NCBI GenBank assembly: GCA_037447605.1
Contig: CM074805.1
Coordinates: forward strand, 372,001 to 436,000
DNA from: Zygnema circumcarinatum SAG 698-1b
Lineage: Eukaryota > Plantae > Zygnematophyceae
DNA length: 64,000 bases
Reading direction: 5' to 3'
Positions 49,503 through 63,400 of this stretch are shown here, in pieces. The position numbers and the translations under genes were made by a program. The notes beneath the pieces were generated by a model. It saw only the letters and a list, made by a program, of their open reading frames with translations. It ran no database searches and had not been told where the DNA came from. Every line of letters starts with the position of its first letter. Positions within the stretch are counted from its first letter, which is position 1.

Positions 49503-51167
49503 TGAAGGGCGAGATAATAGCAAGGGAGAGGGGGATGAGAGAGAGGGGGGAGAGTGTGATAGCGGAGGGAAGAGCAGGAGGGAGGAAAAGTGGGATTGAG
49601 GAAGGAGAGTGGGAGAGGGAGGGAGGGAGGGAGGGAGGGGAGGGAGGGAGGGAGGGAGGGAGGGAGAGAGGGAGCTTCAGTGGCGACAGCGGGAGGGAGC
49701 GAGCGAGCGCTAACGTTTCGAAGAAGTTGAAATCACTCGTGTCATAAATACGTTTGAAGGGCTCGCCCGTGCGAAACGCATTTCCAGAATCAATACTCGA
49801 GACATATTCTAGAAAGTAACAGATCCAGATCTGCAGAGTACGCAGTTTTGTCAGAGGACACAGACGTTGGCATCGGACGGAGCCGCCCAACCCCTGCCCA
49901 CGTGGCGAGAACTGATTGGTTTACGGCTCGGACGTGGCCTGGCGGCGGCCCGGGGCGGAAAGTGCTCGGCAACTTTTCAGAAGAGTCCACAGCACGTTAT
50001 GCCAACGAAATGTTTATGTCTGACCGTTTTGGCCCATTTCTGCCAAAGGGCAGGCAATGAAGGGTTTTCGTCGTCGTTGATTGGACACACGTAGGACGGG
50101 CAGACGGAAGGGCCAAATAATTGGCTAAGAAAAGGCGGCGGGCAGTAAGACTTAGATTTTTCTTCGATGTTTTTTTTGTCTTTTGTACCCTTTGTGATCG
50201 TTGACCGCGACTGCGCGTTCGCGAAGTTACGACGTCCCTTCTTTAGGAACACGTGGAGGCTTCTCACTTGGTCAAAGTCCAAGATATGACGTGGCAATCT
50301 AGTGTTGCATTCAGCCAATTAGATTCGGCCGTTTGCTGTCAGTCAGCCGCGTTGACCAGCCGGCAGACGGCCGGCTATTCGTACATCTCGCCAGAAGGAT
50401 TTCAGCTATTCGTACGCCGGCCATCGCCGGCAAAATCTCGTTGACCGGCACGATCGGCAGTCAGTGGGGCCTTTGCGACAAATGCATGGAAGCTTCTGCA
50501 ATTTGTCGTCATCAATTTTCGTACCGAGATCTTGTCGTGTAGTCACCACAAAACGCGGGCTTGCGTGTCAGACAGTGAAGGTCCATGTCACCTCCACGTG
50601 GCTGATTCCAGAGCCGCTCGCTGATTGGTCGACTGGAGCGCATATCCGTACACATGTACGAGCAAGCCGTACATCCACCCGTGCCCAACATGGAGCATGA
50701 AGTGCGTGGTCACGAGTCCACGCTCTTGTTGGGGCCTCTAGGGGCGCGCGCTACGGCAGGAGGGGGGGCATTTGGGCATGTTGGGAAGCACAGAAAGTGC
50801 GTGTTGTATGGCGCAATAGCCTTTGGAATTTGGTCGTTTTTTCTTTCGTTAACATTGTATATTATTGGCAGTCATATTCGAATTTGTGCCTCCCTAAATT
50901 GCTCGCTCGCGTACTTCAAGTGCACGTTGTGCGCCATGTTGTCGGCCATGTTGTGGGCCATGTTCTAAGTCATGGGACTCATGTCGCTGGTTTCATGTCA
51001 TGCAGCTCCCACGCATACCCAACCCACAAACCCAAAAGATCGGATCCGGCGGTGGATCTCGAGCCCGCCTCCGGGATCCACCGCCGTGAAACCACCAGTT
51101 CAACTGCGCCCAGTCGCGTGCCTCAGCCTCCTCCGTTCCCTGCAACGGGATCAACACAACGGTTTCC

Positions 51168-52130
51168 ATGGAGCGCGCCACGTGGCGTGAGGCGGCGTGG
51201 CTGGGCGGTGTTGCCACGTGTCTGAAGCTGCTGCTCCTGCCCGCCTACCGGAGTACTGATTTCGAAGTGCACCGCCATTGGATGGCGGTCACCCACTCTC
51301 TGCCTCCGAGTGAGGTGCGGGCGCCAGCTGGCGGGCTTGTACGGCTTCTGGGTATTAGGGTTTAAGGGGTTTTGGGGTTTTTGCGGGAATTAGGGTTTGC
51401 GGGTTCTGGGATTTCTGGGTTTTGAGGTTGAAGGGGTTTTTTGGGATTTGGGTTTTGGAGCTTTTGGGGACTTTGCGGGTTTTGGCTCATTTGGGGCATT
51501 GTAAGAATTTAGGGTTGTTGGGAAGAACAAAATTTACTCTAATTAATCAATCAACGAATGCTCGACAAGCTAATGAATTAATTACAAATTAACTAATTAA
51601 TTAATAAATTAAGTTATGCTCTTTTTCTTCTGTCCCTCCCTCAGTGGTATTTCGACGAGACCTCCGAATGGACCTTGGACTATCCGCCGCTCTTTGCGTG
51701 GTTTGAACGACTGCTCGCATATCCCGCCACAAAAATTGAACCCAGAATGGTGGATCTCAAATTAGGCCTCAACTTCGCGAGTCCCGCGACAATCATTTAT
51801 ATGGTTAGCCTCTCTCTCTCTCTCCCCCTATCTATCTCTGTCTCCCCCTCTCTCTTCTCACCTCTCACCCACTCTCTCCTCCACCCGCTCTCTCTCTTCC
51901 CCCTTCTCACTTCTCTCCCCACTCTCTTCCCCCACTCTCTCTCGAGCTTTGTCGCTCTCTCTCTCTCTCTCCCTCACTCTCTCCCCCTCTTCCCCCTCCA
52001 TCACTCTGACTTCTCCCGCCGCGCTCTCTCAAACCCTAAAATCGTTTTTTAGTGGAAATGTGAACGCCAACGTGAGAATTAACTCGATATTGTTCTTTCG
52101 TACTGTTTTTTTCTGATTATAACCTTTCTG

Positions 52131-52162
<32 letters not shown>

Positions 52163-53501
52163 CTCGCTCTCTCTCCCCCCTTCTCCCTCCCTCCCGCGCC
52201 CTCTCTGAGAGTCCCCATTTTCCTTTTTCAAGCTCCCCATTTCTTTAGGCTTTTTGGGCTTCTAGGGTTCGAAGTAAAAACAGAGTCAGTTATCTAAAAT
52301 AAAAAATAAGGTAGCAACGGTATCTCTGGATCACCGGTTCTACTTTCATTCAGTTTTTTCCCATTCTCGCTTCACATTTGCAACCCTAAACCATGTTGAC
52401 ATGTCAGCATGAACACTTTCAATTTTGTTCCAAAGTGAGCCTGATAAGAAACTCCATTTTCCCTCCCTGGTCCATTTTTGCAGAGGGCGACAGTGATGGT
52501 CTCAGACCTTGTCCTCTACTACGCACTTTGGCGCTTCTGCAGGTACTCCTGAACCCTAATCTTCTGAAACCCTAATTCTACCTAAATCCCTGAAACTCTA
52601 ACTTCGTATAACCCTAACTCCCTAATTTCTTGTTGAAAAACCTCAGATTCCCTACACTTCATGAATCCCGAGAATCTTCATCCCCACATGAAGTTTTCAT
52701 TTTGGCAGAAATTTGAGGGAAGAGCAGCGGAGCCTCGTCATGGGAGCTGTCATTTTTTGCCCCGCCCTGTTCTATGTGGACCACATACATTTTCAGTACA
52801 ACGGATTCCTGTTGGGGATCCTGCTGCTCTCTCTCACTCTGTTCAAAGTGAGTTTTCGGGTCCGCCCTACCTCTCTCTCTCTCTCTCACTCTCTATAATG
52901 CCTTTGCTAGTTCTCAGCTCCTCGTGAAGAAGGAAACGGAGGGGGGAGAGAGAGAGAGAGAGAGCGAGCGAGAGGGAGAGAGAGAGGGAGAGCTGTCCTT
53001 ATTGGTTGTAGAGTTTGGGGTCTTTCTAGTTTCCTTGCAAGCTTTAGGCTTTTCAACCAATTGATTTCATGGAAACTCCTCTCATCTTCCCCCTTCCCCC
53101 CCCCCTCCCCCTCCCTTCCCTCTTTTTTCTCTTTCCTTTTCCCCTCTCCCTTAAAAAAAAACCCCCTAAAACCCTAAAGACCCCTATTACCCTACAAACC
53201 CTAAAGACTCCTCCTACTTTCTCTCCCCATTTCGTCCATTTCTTCCTCTCCCTCTCTCTCGGTAGCAGGAGGGGCGCGAGTTGGGTGGCAGCGTTCTGTT
53301 TGCGGCTCTGGTCTGCCTCAAGCATCTCTTCGCGGTGGGAGGGCCTCTCGCTGCCGTCTACCTCCTCTCCCGCACCTTCCGCAGAGGGAGAGAGGGCCTC
53401 TCTTACCTCCTCCTGCTGGCGGGGGGAGTGGGAGGGGTACTCCTCCTAACATTCGGACCCTTTGTGTATATGGGGCAGGTCAGTATCTCAGTGAACCCTC
53501 T

Positions 53502-53536
<35 letters not shown>

Positions 53537-55077
53537 CGCCGCTCGCCGCTCGCCGCTCGCCTTCGATATCTCTTCTTCTCGCTCTCCTCCACTCGATTCT
53601 CCCATCTGTACTGCATTCTTCGGTGTTTCTCCCTTCCCCTCTCCCTCTTCCTCCCTCCCTCTCTGTCTTTCTCTACATCTCAAACTCGGACAATGCTTAA
53701 CACCTAGAGACCTTAGCAACCCAACCCGGCATGGAAACCCTAAAAAATCTCCCTCCTTTTTCTTTTTTGGGTTTAGGAGGGCACAGATGGGGCAGGTCTT
53801 TTCCCGCCTTTTTCCGTTCGGGAGAGGCCTCTCTCATGCATATTGGGCCCCAAATGTTTGGGCTCTTTATAACGCGGCAGATAAGGGACTTGGCTTTGTT
53901 CTGCGGAAATTCGGCTACTTTGTCGCAGAGCCTCCTTTGGCAGCACTTACCGGAGGGCTTGTGGGAGATGCGAGCCCCTATATGGTGCTTCCAAAGGTGA
54001 AAAACAGAAAAAAAAAAAAAAAAGGGGGACTAAAAATCCCTCTTGAAATTCTTTAATTAGAAGATTTCCCTCTTTGAATGGAGCAGACGTACTTCTTTCT
54101 GAACCCTAAAACCTAACAAAACCCGAAAACTGAACCCTTGTAATCCCAAACTGCACAGGTAACCCCCGGAGTCTCCCTCCTGCTGGTCCTGCTCTCCATG
54201 CTGCCCTGCCTGGTGCACACGTGGCGCCTCCCCATTGGCCGAGAGATGGTCCGGCGGGCGGCGCATGTGTACATGTGCGGGTTCATGCTCGGATGGCATG
54301 TCCATGAGAAGGCATGCCTGCACTTCCTGGTCCCGTGGGCCCTCCTTTTGGGCGAGACAAGGAGCGAGGATGCGGAGGAGTTCATGTTCATGTCAATTGG
54401 TAAGATTGTTCGATCCATGTTTGGGCGTGGATTTGGATTCGAATGCAATTGCAATTGGGTTTGTGTTTGTGTTTGTGTTTGCGTTTGTGTTTGTGTTTGT
54501 GTTTGTGTTTGTGTTTGTGTTTGTGTTAGTGTTAGTGTTAGTGTTAAAGGTGTGTTGAAGGTTCGGGATCCTTGGGGCAGTTGCGAACTACTCGCTGTTT
54601 CCGCTGCTTTTCGAGGCGAGGGAGTACCCCATTAAAGTGCTGCTCTTGGGGCTCTACACGGTCATATTGAGGGGTGCTTTACGGCGACATTCCAACGGAT
54701 TTTCACATGGGAAGGGTGGTGATCCGTTGGGATTGGGAGAACCGGTAGAGAGAACCGGAGGGGGAGAGGCGGCAGGTGGAGGAGAGAGAGGCTGGAAGGA
54801 GCATGGCTCGGAAGGGTCCAATGAGGGGGGCGTGAAGGCTTTGTTGCCCACAACATGGAGCGATGCCGCTAAGGCGGGACGGAGGATGTATCTGTTGGGG
54901 ATTGTGGGGGTGGAGCTCTATGTCCAAGTTGGGTATTTCATGCTCTTTAGGGAGAGGCTGCCCTTCCTGCCCCTGCTGATGGTCTCAGTCTACTGCGCGG
55001 TGGGGATGTGCTATGTGTGGATGGTTCAGTTTGTGTACATTTTCTCCAATTCAAGACCTGCGAAGGCGAAGGTGTAG
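51168..55077 (+). CDS. ALG8: Dolichyl-PP-Glc1Man9GlcNAc2 alpha-1,3-glucosyltransferase, 8 exons
   Basis: [27 protein letters not shown]|[21 protein letters not shown]; [14 protein letters not shown]; LKHLF; [22 protein letters not shown]; GWHVHEKA; [14 protein letters not shown]; ER-retrieval-like C-terminus AKAKV*. Confidence 0.96.
54458..54546. repeat. (GTTTGT)n/(GTTAGT)n hexamer microsatellite in ALG8 intron
   Basis: Visible tandem units. Confidence 0.85.
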
Positions 55078-56361
55078 TTGTGGGCTAAGGCCGGGCCTTC
55101 CATGCACAATGTTGGCTGTGGCAAATGTGGTGGTGCATGCGATGCGCGATGGTGAGGCATGTTGCACAACACGTTTGGTCGAGTGCAAGTTTTGGCTCTA
55201 GCCCGAGATGGGTCGATCGCTAAGCCGTAGGGCTTGTAAGGGTCGAAATTTGTTGAACATGAACCATTCTTGAAGGCCATGAGAAGGCCACGTACGACAA
55301 GCGAGGCCGCCCGGATGACGGCTGGGCGCAATGGATAGATGACGCCAGCAAGGCCTCCTGGCGAAATGTAATTGGCCGACCCCTTACAGAAGATTGACGT
55401 CACCCTAAGGGTTTTTAGGGTTTTTAAAACTGGAAACCATGTTTGCAGTTTGTACGATTTATTCGTCGCTTTCTGAAAATACCGTACGGTAAGGTAGAAT
55501 AACATCTGATTATTTTCCGTACACACTGACCGTGGAGCAGCTGCCCCGGATTTATTTTTCTGGAAATTTCAGAACGGGCAGGCCCAAAAAATCTCCTATT
55601 GGATAGGAGAAGTTTTGGGGTCCGGGCAGAGCCGCAAATAAAAGGGCTTTGGCCCCTTCTGCGCTGGCGGCGGCGGGCAGTGGTCGGTGGAGAGGAAATC
55701 ACCAATGAAAACTCACCACGTCATCAAAATAGATCTGCTTTGATCGTCAATATAATCTCGGAATCCGCCGCGCTGGTCACCGCGCCGACACTGTGGGACC
55801 CACCAAGGCCTTGTCAAACTTAAAAGCAAATCAAAACTAGTACTCTGTATTCCGCTAATATTATAATATAATGGGAAACCGTTGTATTTGTTCTGAACTT
55901 GATTTCGTCGATACTGTACTATTTATTTCCTGTTACGAGTGGACAAGGGATATTACGCCAAAATGGCACTTAGCCACGTGACGAGTCCTCATTGGGCAAT
56001 GTTTCCTTGTAAATAAAGCCCGAAATCCATGTCGCCCTCCAATCTTATTCCAATCCTAGCCCTTCCCCGGTTACGCGGGAGTTTCCTGGACACCAGCGCG
56101 CCACGACCCGCGGGCGGCAACGTCGGGCAATCAGAGCGCTTCGTTACGCCGAACGAGTGACGTGGCACGCTAGCAGCTTCGCATACTGCTCCCCCATTGG
56201 TCGTCGTTCCGTGGAACGGTCACCGTTGGCCTTAGCCAGTTAGCCTCCGAGCCCCGCGCCCCGCGCCCCCCGTTCCGCGGAACGGAACGCCTGCGCCCAA
56301 TTTGGTAGCGTGCCGTACAATCTGTCGCCCGTCGCTCCGCGCCGTCCACTGCCAACGTCCT

Positions 56362-56414
56362 CCAATAAGCAGTCGCCACGTCAGTGATGTGTACACGTGG
56401 CGATTCTCCATTGG
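56362..56414. promoter_or_regulatory. Two inverted CCAAT-N9-CCACG elements directly upstream of FAD7
   Basis: CCAAT(56362)-AAGCAGTCG-CCACG and CGTGG(56396)-CGATTCTCC-ATTGG. Confidence 0.6.
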
Positions 56415-56524
56415 GCGATGCTCGAGTAAGGTTGGAAGCCGTCCAATATTTGAAGGGGCTTTTAGATGCGGATGAGACCAGGGCTTGGCAGGAGTTTGGA
56501 AGGAGCTCGAGCAGGAGGGAAGCC

Positions 56525-59500
56525 ATGGCGGCCGCCACAGCAGCATGCGTGAGCAGCAGGATCAGGACGCCATGTTTCGGCGCGGCGGCAGGGGGTGCTG
56601 CGAGCACCTCGCAAAAGAGGAGCTTGAGGATCGCTCCCAGAGTGGATCTGTTTCAGAGCGCAGGCGTCGCCTCCAGGAAGGGTGCTGCAAGGAGAGGGGT
56701 GGTGACTATGGTCGCCGCTCCGATGAGGCCGTCTGATGTCGGACTTGGCAGTAGCGAGCCGAATCCGATCTCTGGAGAGGGCTTTGATGCTTCAGCGAAG
56801 CCTCCTTTCACGCTGGCAGACATCCGCGCAGCCATTCCCAAGCACTGCTGGGAGAAGAACACGTGGAAGTCTATGAGCTACCTTGCGCGAGATGTCGCCA
56901 TTGTGCTTGGACTGGCAGCTGGCGCGGCGACCTTGAACTCGTGGCTCGTGTGGCCTCTCTATTGGATTGCGCAGGGCACCATGTTCTGGGCGCTCTTTGT
57001 GATTGGGCACGATTGGTAAGCTCAGGATGACTTTTTGCTTGCTTGCAAGGGCTGTTTGTCAGATCTGCTTGGAAGCACAAGGAAGAACTGCTCGTGAATC
57101 CTTGGAAGCTGACCGTGATAATATGTAGGTGAATGATCAGAAGAATATAGCTGTGTTTTTAAAATTGAAGTAGTGAAGCATTGGCGAATTGCCGGACATG
57201 AAGATCGGTAGTGAGATTTGTACATTTTGAGTGGTTTTCAGGAAGTTTGGATGGCTGAGCTTCATTTTAGTGTCTGCAGGAGGTTGACATCTATGTTTCT
57301 GCTGTCTTTTGCTTTCTGAACAGTGGTCATGGAAGCTTTTCAAACAACAAGAAGCTGAATGATCTCATTGGTCATCTAACCCACGCCTCTATTCTGGTGC
57401 CGTACCATGGCTGGTGAGCTGCATTCTGTCACCTTTTGCAAGATGATCGATCTCTCGGCTGATCACACTGCGGTTCTCTAACTGCTTCGAACGTTGTGGC
57501 TTTGACTTCTGAAGACTTCCTTGGTTTGCGGTTCTCCTTCAATTCCCTTTGCTGCCTGATTCTTAGCCTCCCGTTGGAGGTTTGGATCGGTGGTCTTATG
57601 CTGTACGGAGTCTGTTTGTGCAGGCGGATCAGTCATCGAACACATCATGCGAACCACGGTCATGTCGAAAATGACGAATCGTGGCACCCGGTAACACCTT
57701 ACCCACTACGTTCTTAATCTTCTACTTTGCTTCATTTTTAGAAACTGCACTAAATTGCTGTCTAGTACTGATGGGCTTTATCAGCGAAGGACAGACTGAA
57801 GAAATTGTTGAATGGAAAAAAAAACAGGTGCCGGTAACGTTTCCGTCATGGTCGTCAGTAAACGTTTTGAGATCTGTCTTGTTGACTTCTTCTCATGCTG
57901 GCTGTGTTTGCAGATGACCAAGAGCTCGTATGATAGTTTGGAGTTCTGGGCAAAAATAGGTCGCTTGCGGGTGCCTTGGGCGCTGTTTGCATACCCATTT
58001 TACCTCGTAAGTGATGAAGGGGTTTCATCCTCATGCTCTCGTGGAATGCTTTCGCAGCGAAAAACATGTTTGTTGGTATACTCGCACCGTTGCATGTTTG
58101 CTTATTTTCGACTTGAAGTTTGGCGCTATTTATCTGCTGAAGGTAGAAACCGAAGTGTGCACGTTGTTTCTTTTCTCCTGAGGAAGCTGCTTTTTGTAGA
58201 GAACTGGTTCGTTTATTGATTAAATTGGGCACACTTTCTTTTTGCAGTGGAAACGTAGCCCGGGAAAAACGGGATCTCACTTTGACCCAGAAGCAGATTT
58301 GTTTGTTCCCAACGAGAAGAACGATGTGGTGACGTCAGCCAACTGGTGGTGGGGGATGGTCGCTTTGGTCTCACTCTTGGCTTTGAAGACGGGGCCTCTT
58401 ATGATGTTCAACCTCTATGTGGTTCCTTACTGGGTAATTCCTCAAAAGTTCATAACGTTTCCCTCTGATTTGCTGCTTGCAGTGAATATATTTATACCAA
58501 TGGCTCGATGGCTGTCGTGCATGTTTGTATTGTAAGATTGAATGTTAATTTTTTGGCTGAATTGAAGGTTCTTGTTAGGCAGCTTCTTCTGAGTAAATAT
58601 ACCGAGCAGGGAGTATCAGAGAGTTTGTTAAATTGTGTCTCCTTGCCACTCCGTTTTTTTTTCTTTTTTGCTGAACTGGGTCGCTTTTCGTTGTTTTTTC
58701 CCAGATCAATGTCGTGTGGCTGGATGTTGTGACTTACCTTCACCATCACGGTTATGAGAAGAAGGTTCCGTGGTACCGTGGGGAGGTGCGTATTCAGCGC
58801 TAAGCTTACTCAGCATTACAGGGCAGACCATTCAATGTACTGAATATACAAGTAATTGTGTGCTCCTCTGAAGCAGATTCTGATTATGTTTGATCAAAAT
58901 TCCCTGTTGGGTTAGGAATTTGACGTCATTATCAAGCAGATACTTCTTGCCTTCCACCTCTTAGAACTCACGATTGATTCGCTCCCTGTTTTGAAATAAT
59001 TCAGGAATGGAACTACATGAGGGGGGGGCTTTCCACTGTTGATAGAGATTACGGCATTTTTAACAATCTCCATCACGACATTGGGACCCATGTCGTGCAC
59101 CACCTGTTTCCCCAGATTCCCCACTACAATCTTGTTGAAGCGGTAAGGGACTTGACGATCTCTCCACGCCCCTTTTTTGTCCTTTTTGGAGGGGTACTTC
59201 AACCTCGTACGGTGGCAGATTTTTTGGCATGCTCAGAAATTGCAGATGTTTGAACATCTAAGATTTTCGGTTCACTGATGTGCTACTCGATTCAAGCTTT
59301 CACGATGAGATATTCCTGCCTAGGTCCACGAACATCATAGCATTCATCTGGTTTTGATTGCTTCCCAATATTATGCATGCATGGATCATATACCACCACC
59401 TAAATGTCATAATAGGAGTAAGGTAGGGTTATCCTCTTGCGAGCTGAACAATACTGTGCAGTTCTTCATTAGTTGCATATGACTGAAGGAGATATTTATA

Positions 59501-60007
59501 CAATTTAGGTGCGCAGGAGCAAAGCTGCAAAGAAAGGCTGAGTCAAAACATACGTTTCTTATTCTCAGATGCACCCATCGTGGTCATCATCTGACATGAC
59601 AGGTCTTGTCCCTTACGTTAGTCTGGTTGAACTTTAGAGCGCGCCGTCTTCCTTCTCCTTCTCCCTCCCGTTCCCAGTCAAAATCGTCACATTTAATTAC
59701 CTAGGCAGAAGTTATACTTCAGGTTCCGTAGGACCCATCAGGATGCATTTTTGTTAGAAAGAAAAAAGCACATGGCTTCTCTAGTGCACGAGTCGAGGTT
59801 CACAAAACTGACGGTTTGTTGAGTGTCTATGTGGGACAGACTGAGGCTGTGAAGCCTGTGCTGGGAGATTACTACCGTGAGCCAAAGAAGTCGAATGGGC
59901 CTCTCCCTTTCCACCTTGTGGAGCCCCTGGTGAAGTCCTTCGCTGAAGATCACTATGTCGCGAATGAAGGCGATGTCGTGTTTTACCAAAAGGACCCAAG
60001 CTTTTAG
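56525..60007 (+). CDS. FAD7: Plastid omega-3 fatty acid desaturase (FAD7/FAD8 type), 8 exons
   Basis: Ala/Ser/Arg-rich transit peptide; [20 protein letters not shown]; [14 protein letters not shown]|CGHGSFS; [19 protein letters not shown]; TYLHHHG; [24 protein letters not shown]; [11 protein letters not shown]. Confidence 0.96.
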
Positions 60008-60909
60008 GAGAAACGAGTGGAAGGGCTTTCGCAGGAACGTAATACTTTATTTTTTCCATTAGCTTTGGGACTCGCAGACGGAAGCCTCATTATGGTTGTA
60101 GGTATGCGCAGCACAGTCAGAATCATGGGGTGAAGAAGACGAGGCAGACTCACCCACCATTCTTGCCCGCCATAACGGGGCTATTGATTCTATTCCACAT
60201 TGGAAGGAAGCAATTGGTTGGTTGGGAACTGAGGTAGAGAGAAAGAGAGAGAGGGAGAAAAAGAACGAGAAGAGAGTTGCACCGGGTGGGAGGCTATTAT
60301 TGAGTCGCTGGTAGATCCTGGAGACATACGGATGCTGATTTCGCGCACTACTTTTAGCAGTGGCTGCTGCAAAAGTTGTGGCGGTAGCTTAGCTCTCAGG
60401 GATAGAAAAGAAATTTTTATCAGGTGTACAGTACATGGGTGTGCTCCATATGCCAGCCCATTGAATAATGTCAGGAGTCTCCTCTCCTCAGGGAGAGCAG
60501 GTGTTCAGCCTATCACTTTTTTTCTTGAGCGGTTTCTATGGTGATGCTGGGGTTGAAACCAGGCTCTAAGCTGCTGGGGGCTGAACACTCCCAAGTCGCA
60601 CAGTCGGGATTGTATTTAGAATTTTAGGGATTCCGGAGTTCAAAATTTTCGGGGCTTTAGGGATTCAGTGCTTTTAAAGAGGGTTTCTCAGGGTTTTGCA
60701 CTCTCAGAGGCTATGCGAAATTTGAACGGTTTTAGAGGTCCTACGGTTTTAGGATGTAGGGTTATCCGCATCTGTAAGGTCCTTACCGTTTCTATCATTT
60801 TAGGGATTTAGGTTTTTCATGGTTTTAAGGATTTTAGAGTCGTTTAGCTTATGGAGTGCTTGGGGCTCTTTAAGATCTAGGATTCGTGATGGTTTTAGGG
60901 CGGTGTGTT

Positions 60910-63400
60910 TCACATTTGGAATTTCTGGGCTTGTACCGGTTCCACTCCGTTCCAACCTCTCGTGGTTTGCAGCAGCTTGTGCATGGAAGCCTGCTGCCTG
61001 GCCAGTGAGTGGCCCACATATGTAATTATGTGGAGCATCCTCGCTGTCTCGGGCCCATCGTATGTACTTGGCCTCCCTCCCTCGAGCAGGTTTGAGTTTG
61101 GATGTGCCCAGAAGTGCCCACTACTTACGAAGAGAATGCTCTGAATCTTTTGGTTTTTGTTCTCTAGCCCACCCAGTCCTGCGTCATCTCTCCTTCCTTC
61201 CTTCGCTGTGAGCAGCAGTGAAGGGCCATAGCATGGTGGAACCACACCGTCAGAATAATAACACGGTCTTGGCAAGTCAAGAGTCTTCGTGTCGTAGGCA
61301 CACTACTCGCAGTCCCATAACAGACACCATTAGCAAAGATTGAAGCATACTGCAAATTCGCTACCAGGCCGATGGATGGCGAGGGATTCCTCAGCCATTT
61401 CCTGGAAGCCCCCCCACAGTGCTATTGTGGCGTACTACCTGGAAAACTCCCATCCTCTAGCAGCCTTTATGGGCTGCAAAAAAGTCTCATAAACCATACA
61501 CTATAGCGAAGAGTGAGCAGTTGCGCATCCAACAAGGTCAATAGATTCTCGTGATCGGTCGTGAGCTTTGCTCGGATTAACCTGCCACAAGACAGGATTG
61601 GATTGGATTGGATGGCATGAGAAGAAAGTGCACCGCCCTGCCGCGTACATACATGGAAGTACTGCTCGTCTGCATCGAGCTTTGGCTGCTTTGAAGGCAG
61701 TTCAGGTCACCACAACTGAGCACTGCGCCGCTCACTTGGCGTTTCCGGAGACATAACAAGAAGGCATGCTTAAACATCGACAGACAGGGATTGGTGAAGA
61801 CGTGCAAAATTTATACTTTCGCCAACAAACCTGCCACCAAGTGATGTGCAATCCTTTCAGTCAACAAACATAAGCTATCCGCTTTCGGGTTTCATCTGTT
61901 GCATCGAATCCTTCCTCATTCAGTTTCACATCCTTCAAATCTCAACAACTGCAGAAAGGAAACTAGCGACACAGACAAGCCTTGACTTCACGTCCAGTCT
62001 TGAGTTTACCCAAAAGTATTTGCTTTCATAGTATCAACGCACCACCAACGATGACAAGGTCTACCTTGGTGGTGGCGAGGTTTTCCCCGCGGGTGATGGC
62101 CGCCTGCAAGCGGCGCCACGCTCCGTCTCTCGCGCTCTTACAGTGTTGCGTGGGAGGGAAGGAGGGAGGGAGGGAGGGAGGGAGGGAGGAAAGGAAGGGA
62201 GAGGAAAGACGGAGGCAGGCGACGCTCACCGCGCAGCAACGAGGCCGCGCCACGTGTCCCAGTCCCCCCTGCCTGCCCGCTCTGCTCCGCCACATGGCAC
62301 CTCCTCTCGCCGCCGCGTTGCCCTCCCTGCGCGACACGTGGCTGCCTGGGCCGTGCTTCTCGTCCGGCCACGTGTGGAGCTCCGCTGGCCATGGCGGTCG
62401 CCGTAGCCGTCCTGCTGCAGACACCGCGCGTGGCGCCTGATGAGCTGAGCTGAGCTGGCTGCTCCGCGGCCTGTAGGGGGAGGGCTGCTCCCCTCCCTCC
62501 CTGCGGCTCCCCGCCTCCTTGGAATGCGCCTTCTACTACTTCTTCTTCTTCTTCTTCTTCTTCTTGCCGCACTCTCTGGTGTTTCCCGCAAGTTTGCTGC
62601 TACCGCGCACTGAGCAAGGAAGGTGCGAATGGTTCCATCATTGCAGCCATTCCCAACCCTCTGCACGTCAACTGCCATCCGCTTCAATTTCTCGCCGGTC
62701 GCTGCTGGCTGCGCTGTCAACTCTCCCCGCTGCTGCAGCCATCGGCACCCCTGCTGGTTAGCCCCTCATCCTTCTGTTCTCTCCTTCCCATCCTTTCTAC
62801 TCCCCGAAAAATTGTGCTGGTCATAGCTACCAGCCGGAACTGACGTGCTATCAGCTATAAAAGCTTCTAATTTTAAAATGGCGTGGATTCAAACGGTCAA
62901 GCCCCGCAAAAAAAAGGCGAAGGTAAATGAGGGCGGATGGAAACTCTTGCAGTCTCTGCCTCTGCTCTGCCTGATGTAAATGCAAAGTGTAAAATGCAAT
63001 TCAAATGAGGATATTGTAGAAGAGGAGTGGTCAAGATGAAACTTAGAAAATTGAAAAATTGGGAATCTGACATTTGCGAATGGAGCAAATGCCCTATTAT
63101 CAGTAAGACGGGTATTTAATATCGCAAACAACGACGTGGTCCTCCTCAACCCGTTGTCACCGAGGGATGTTTGCCTTAAGTTTCTGGGAGCTAAAAGCAG
63201 GGCTGAGAACGTTGGTGAATCCTAAAAACCTGAGGGTGGGTGGTCGTTGCGTCCGTTGAGGAGCTGCCGTTCCGTAGAACTGAGAGCATAGAGCGGTGCA
63301 GGTTCAAGTCGCGGGCCCTCGGCGTAAAGGCGGCGGAGCCGCTGCTGAGTCTGAAGAGGCACCGGAGGGAGTCGAGGAGGCAGGCGCGGCAGGGGCAAGA
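60910..63400 (-). other. Possible additional spliced gene or remnant, product unrecognised
   Basis: GC-rich segments bounded by plausible minus-strand donor/acceptor sites (~63233, 63073, 62229, 62063), but no frame I can assign to a family. Confidence 0.2.
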
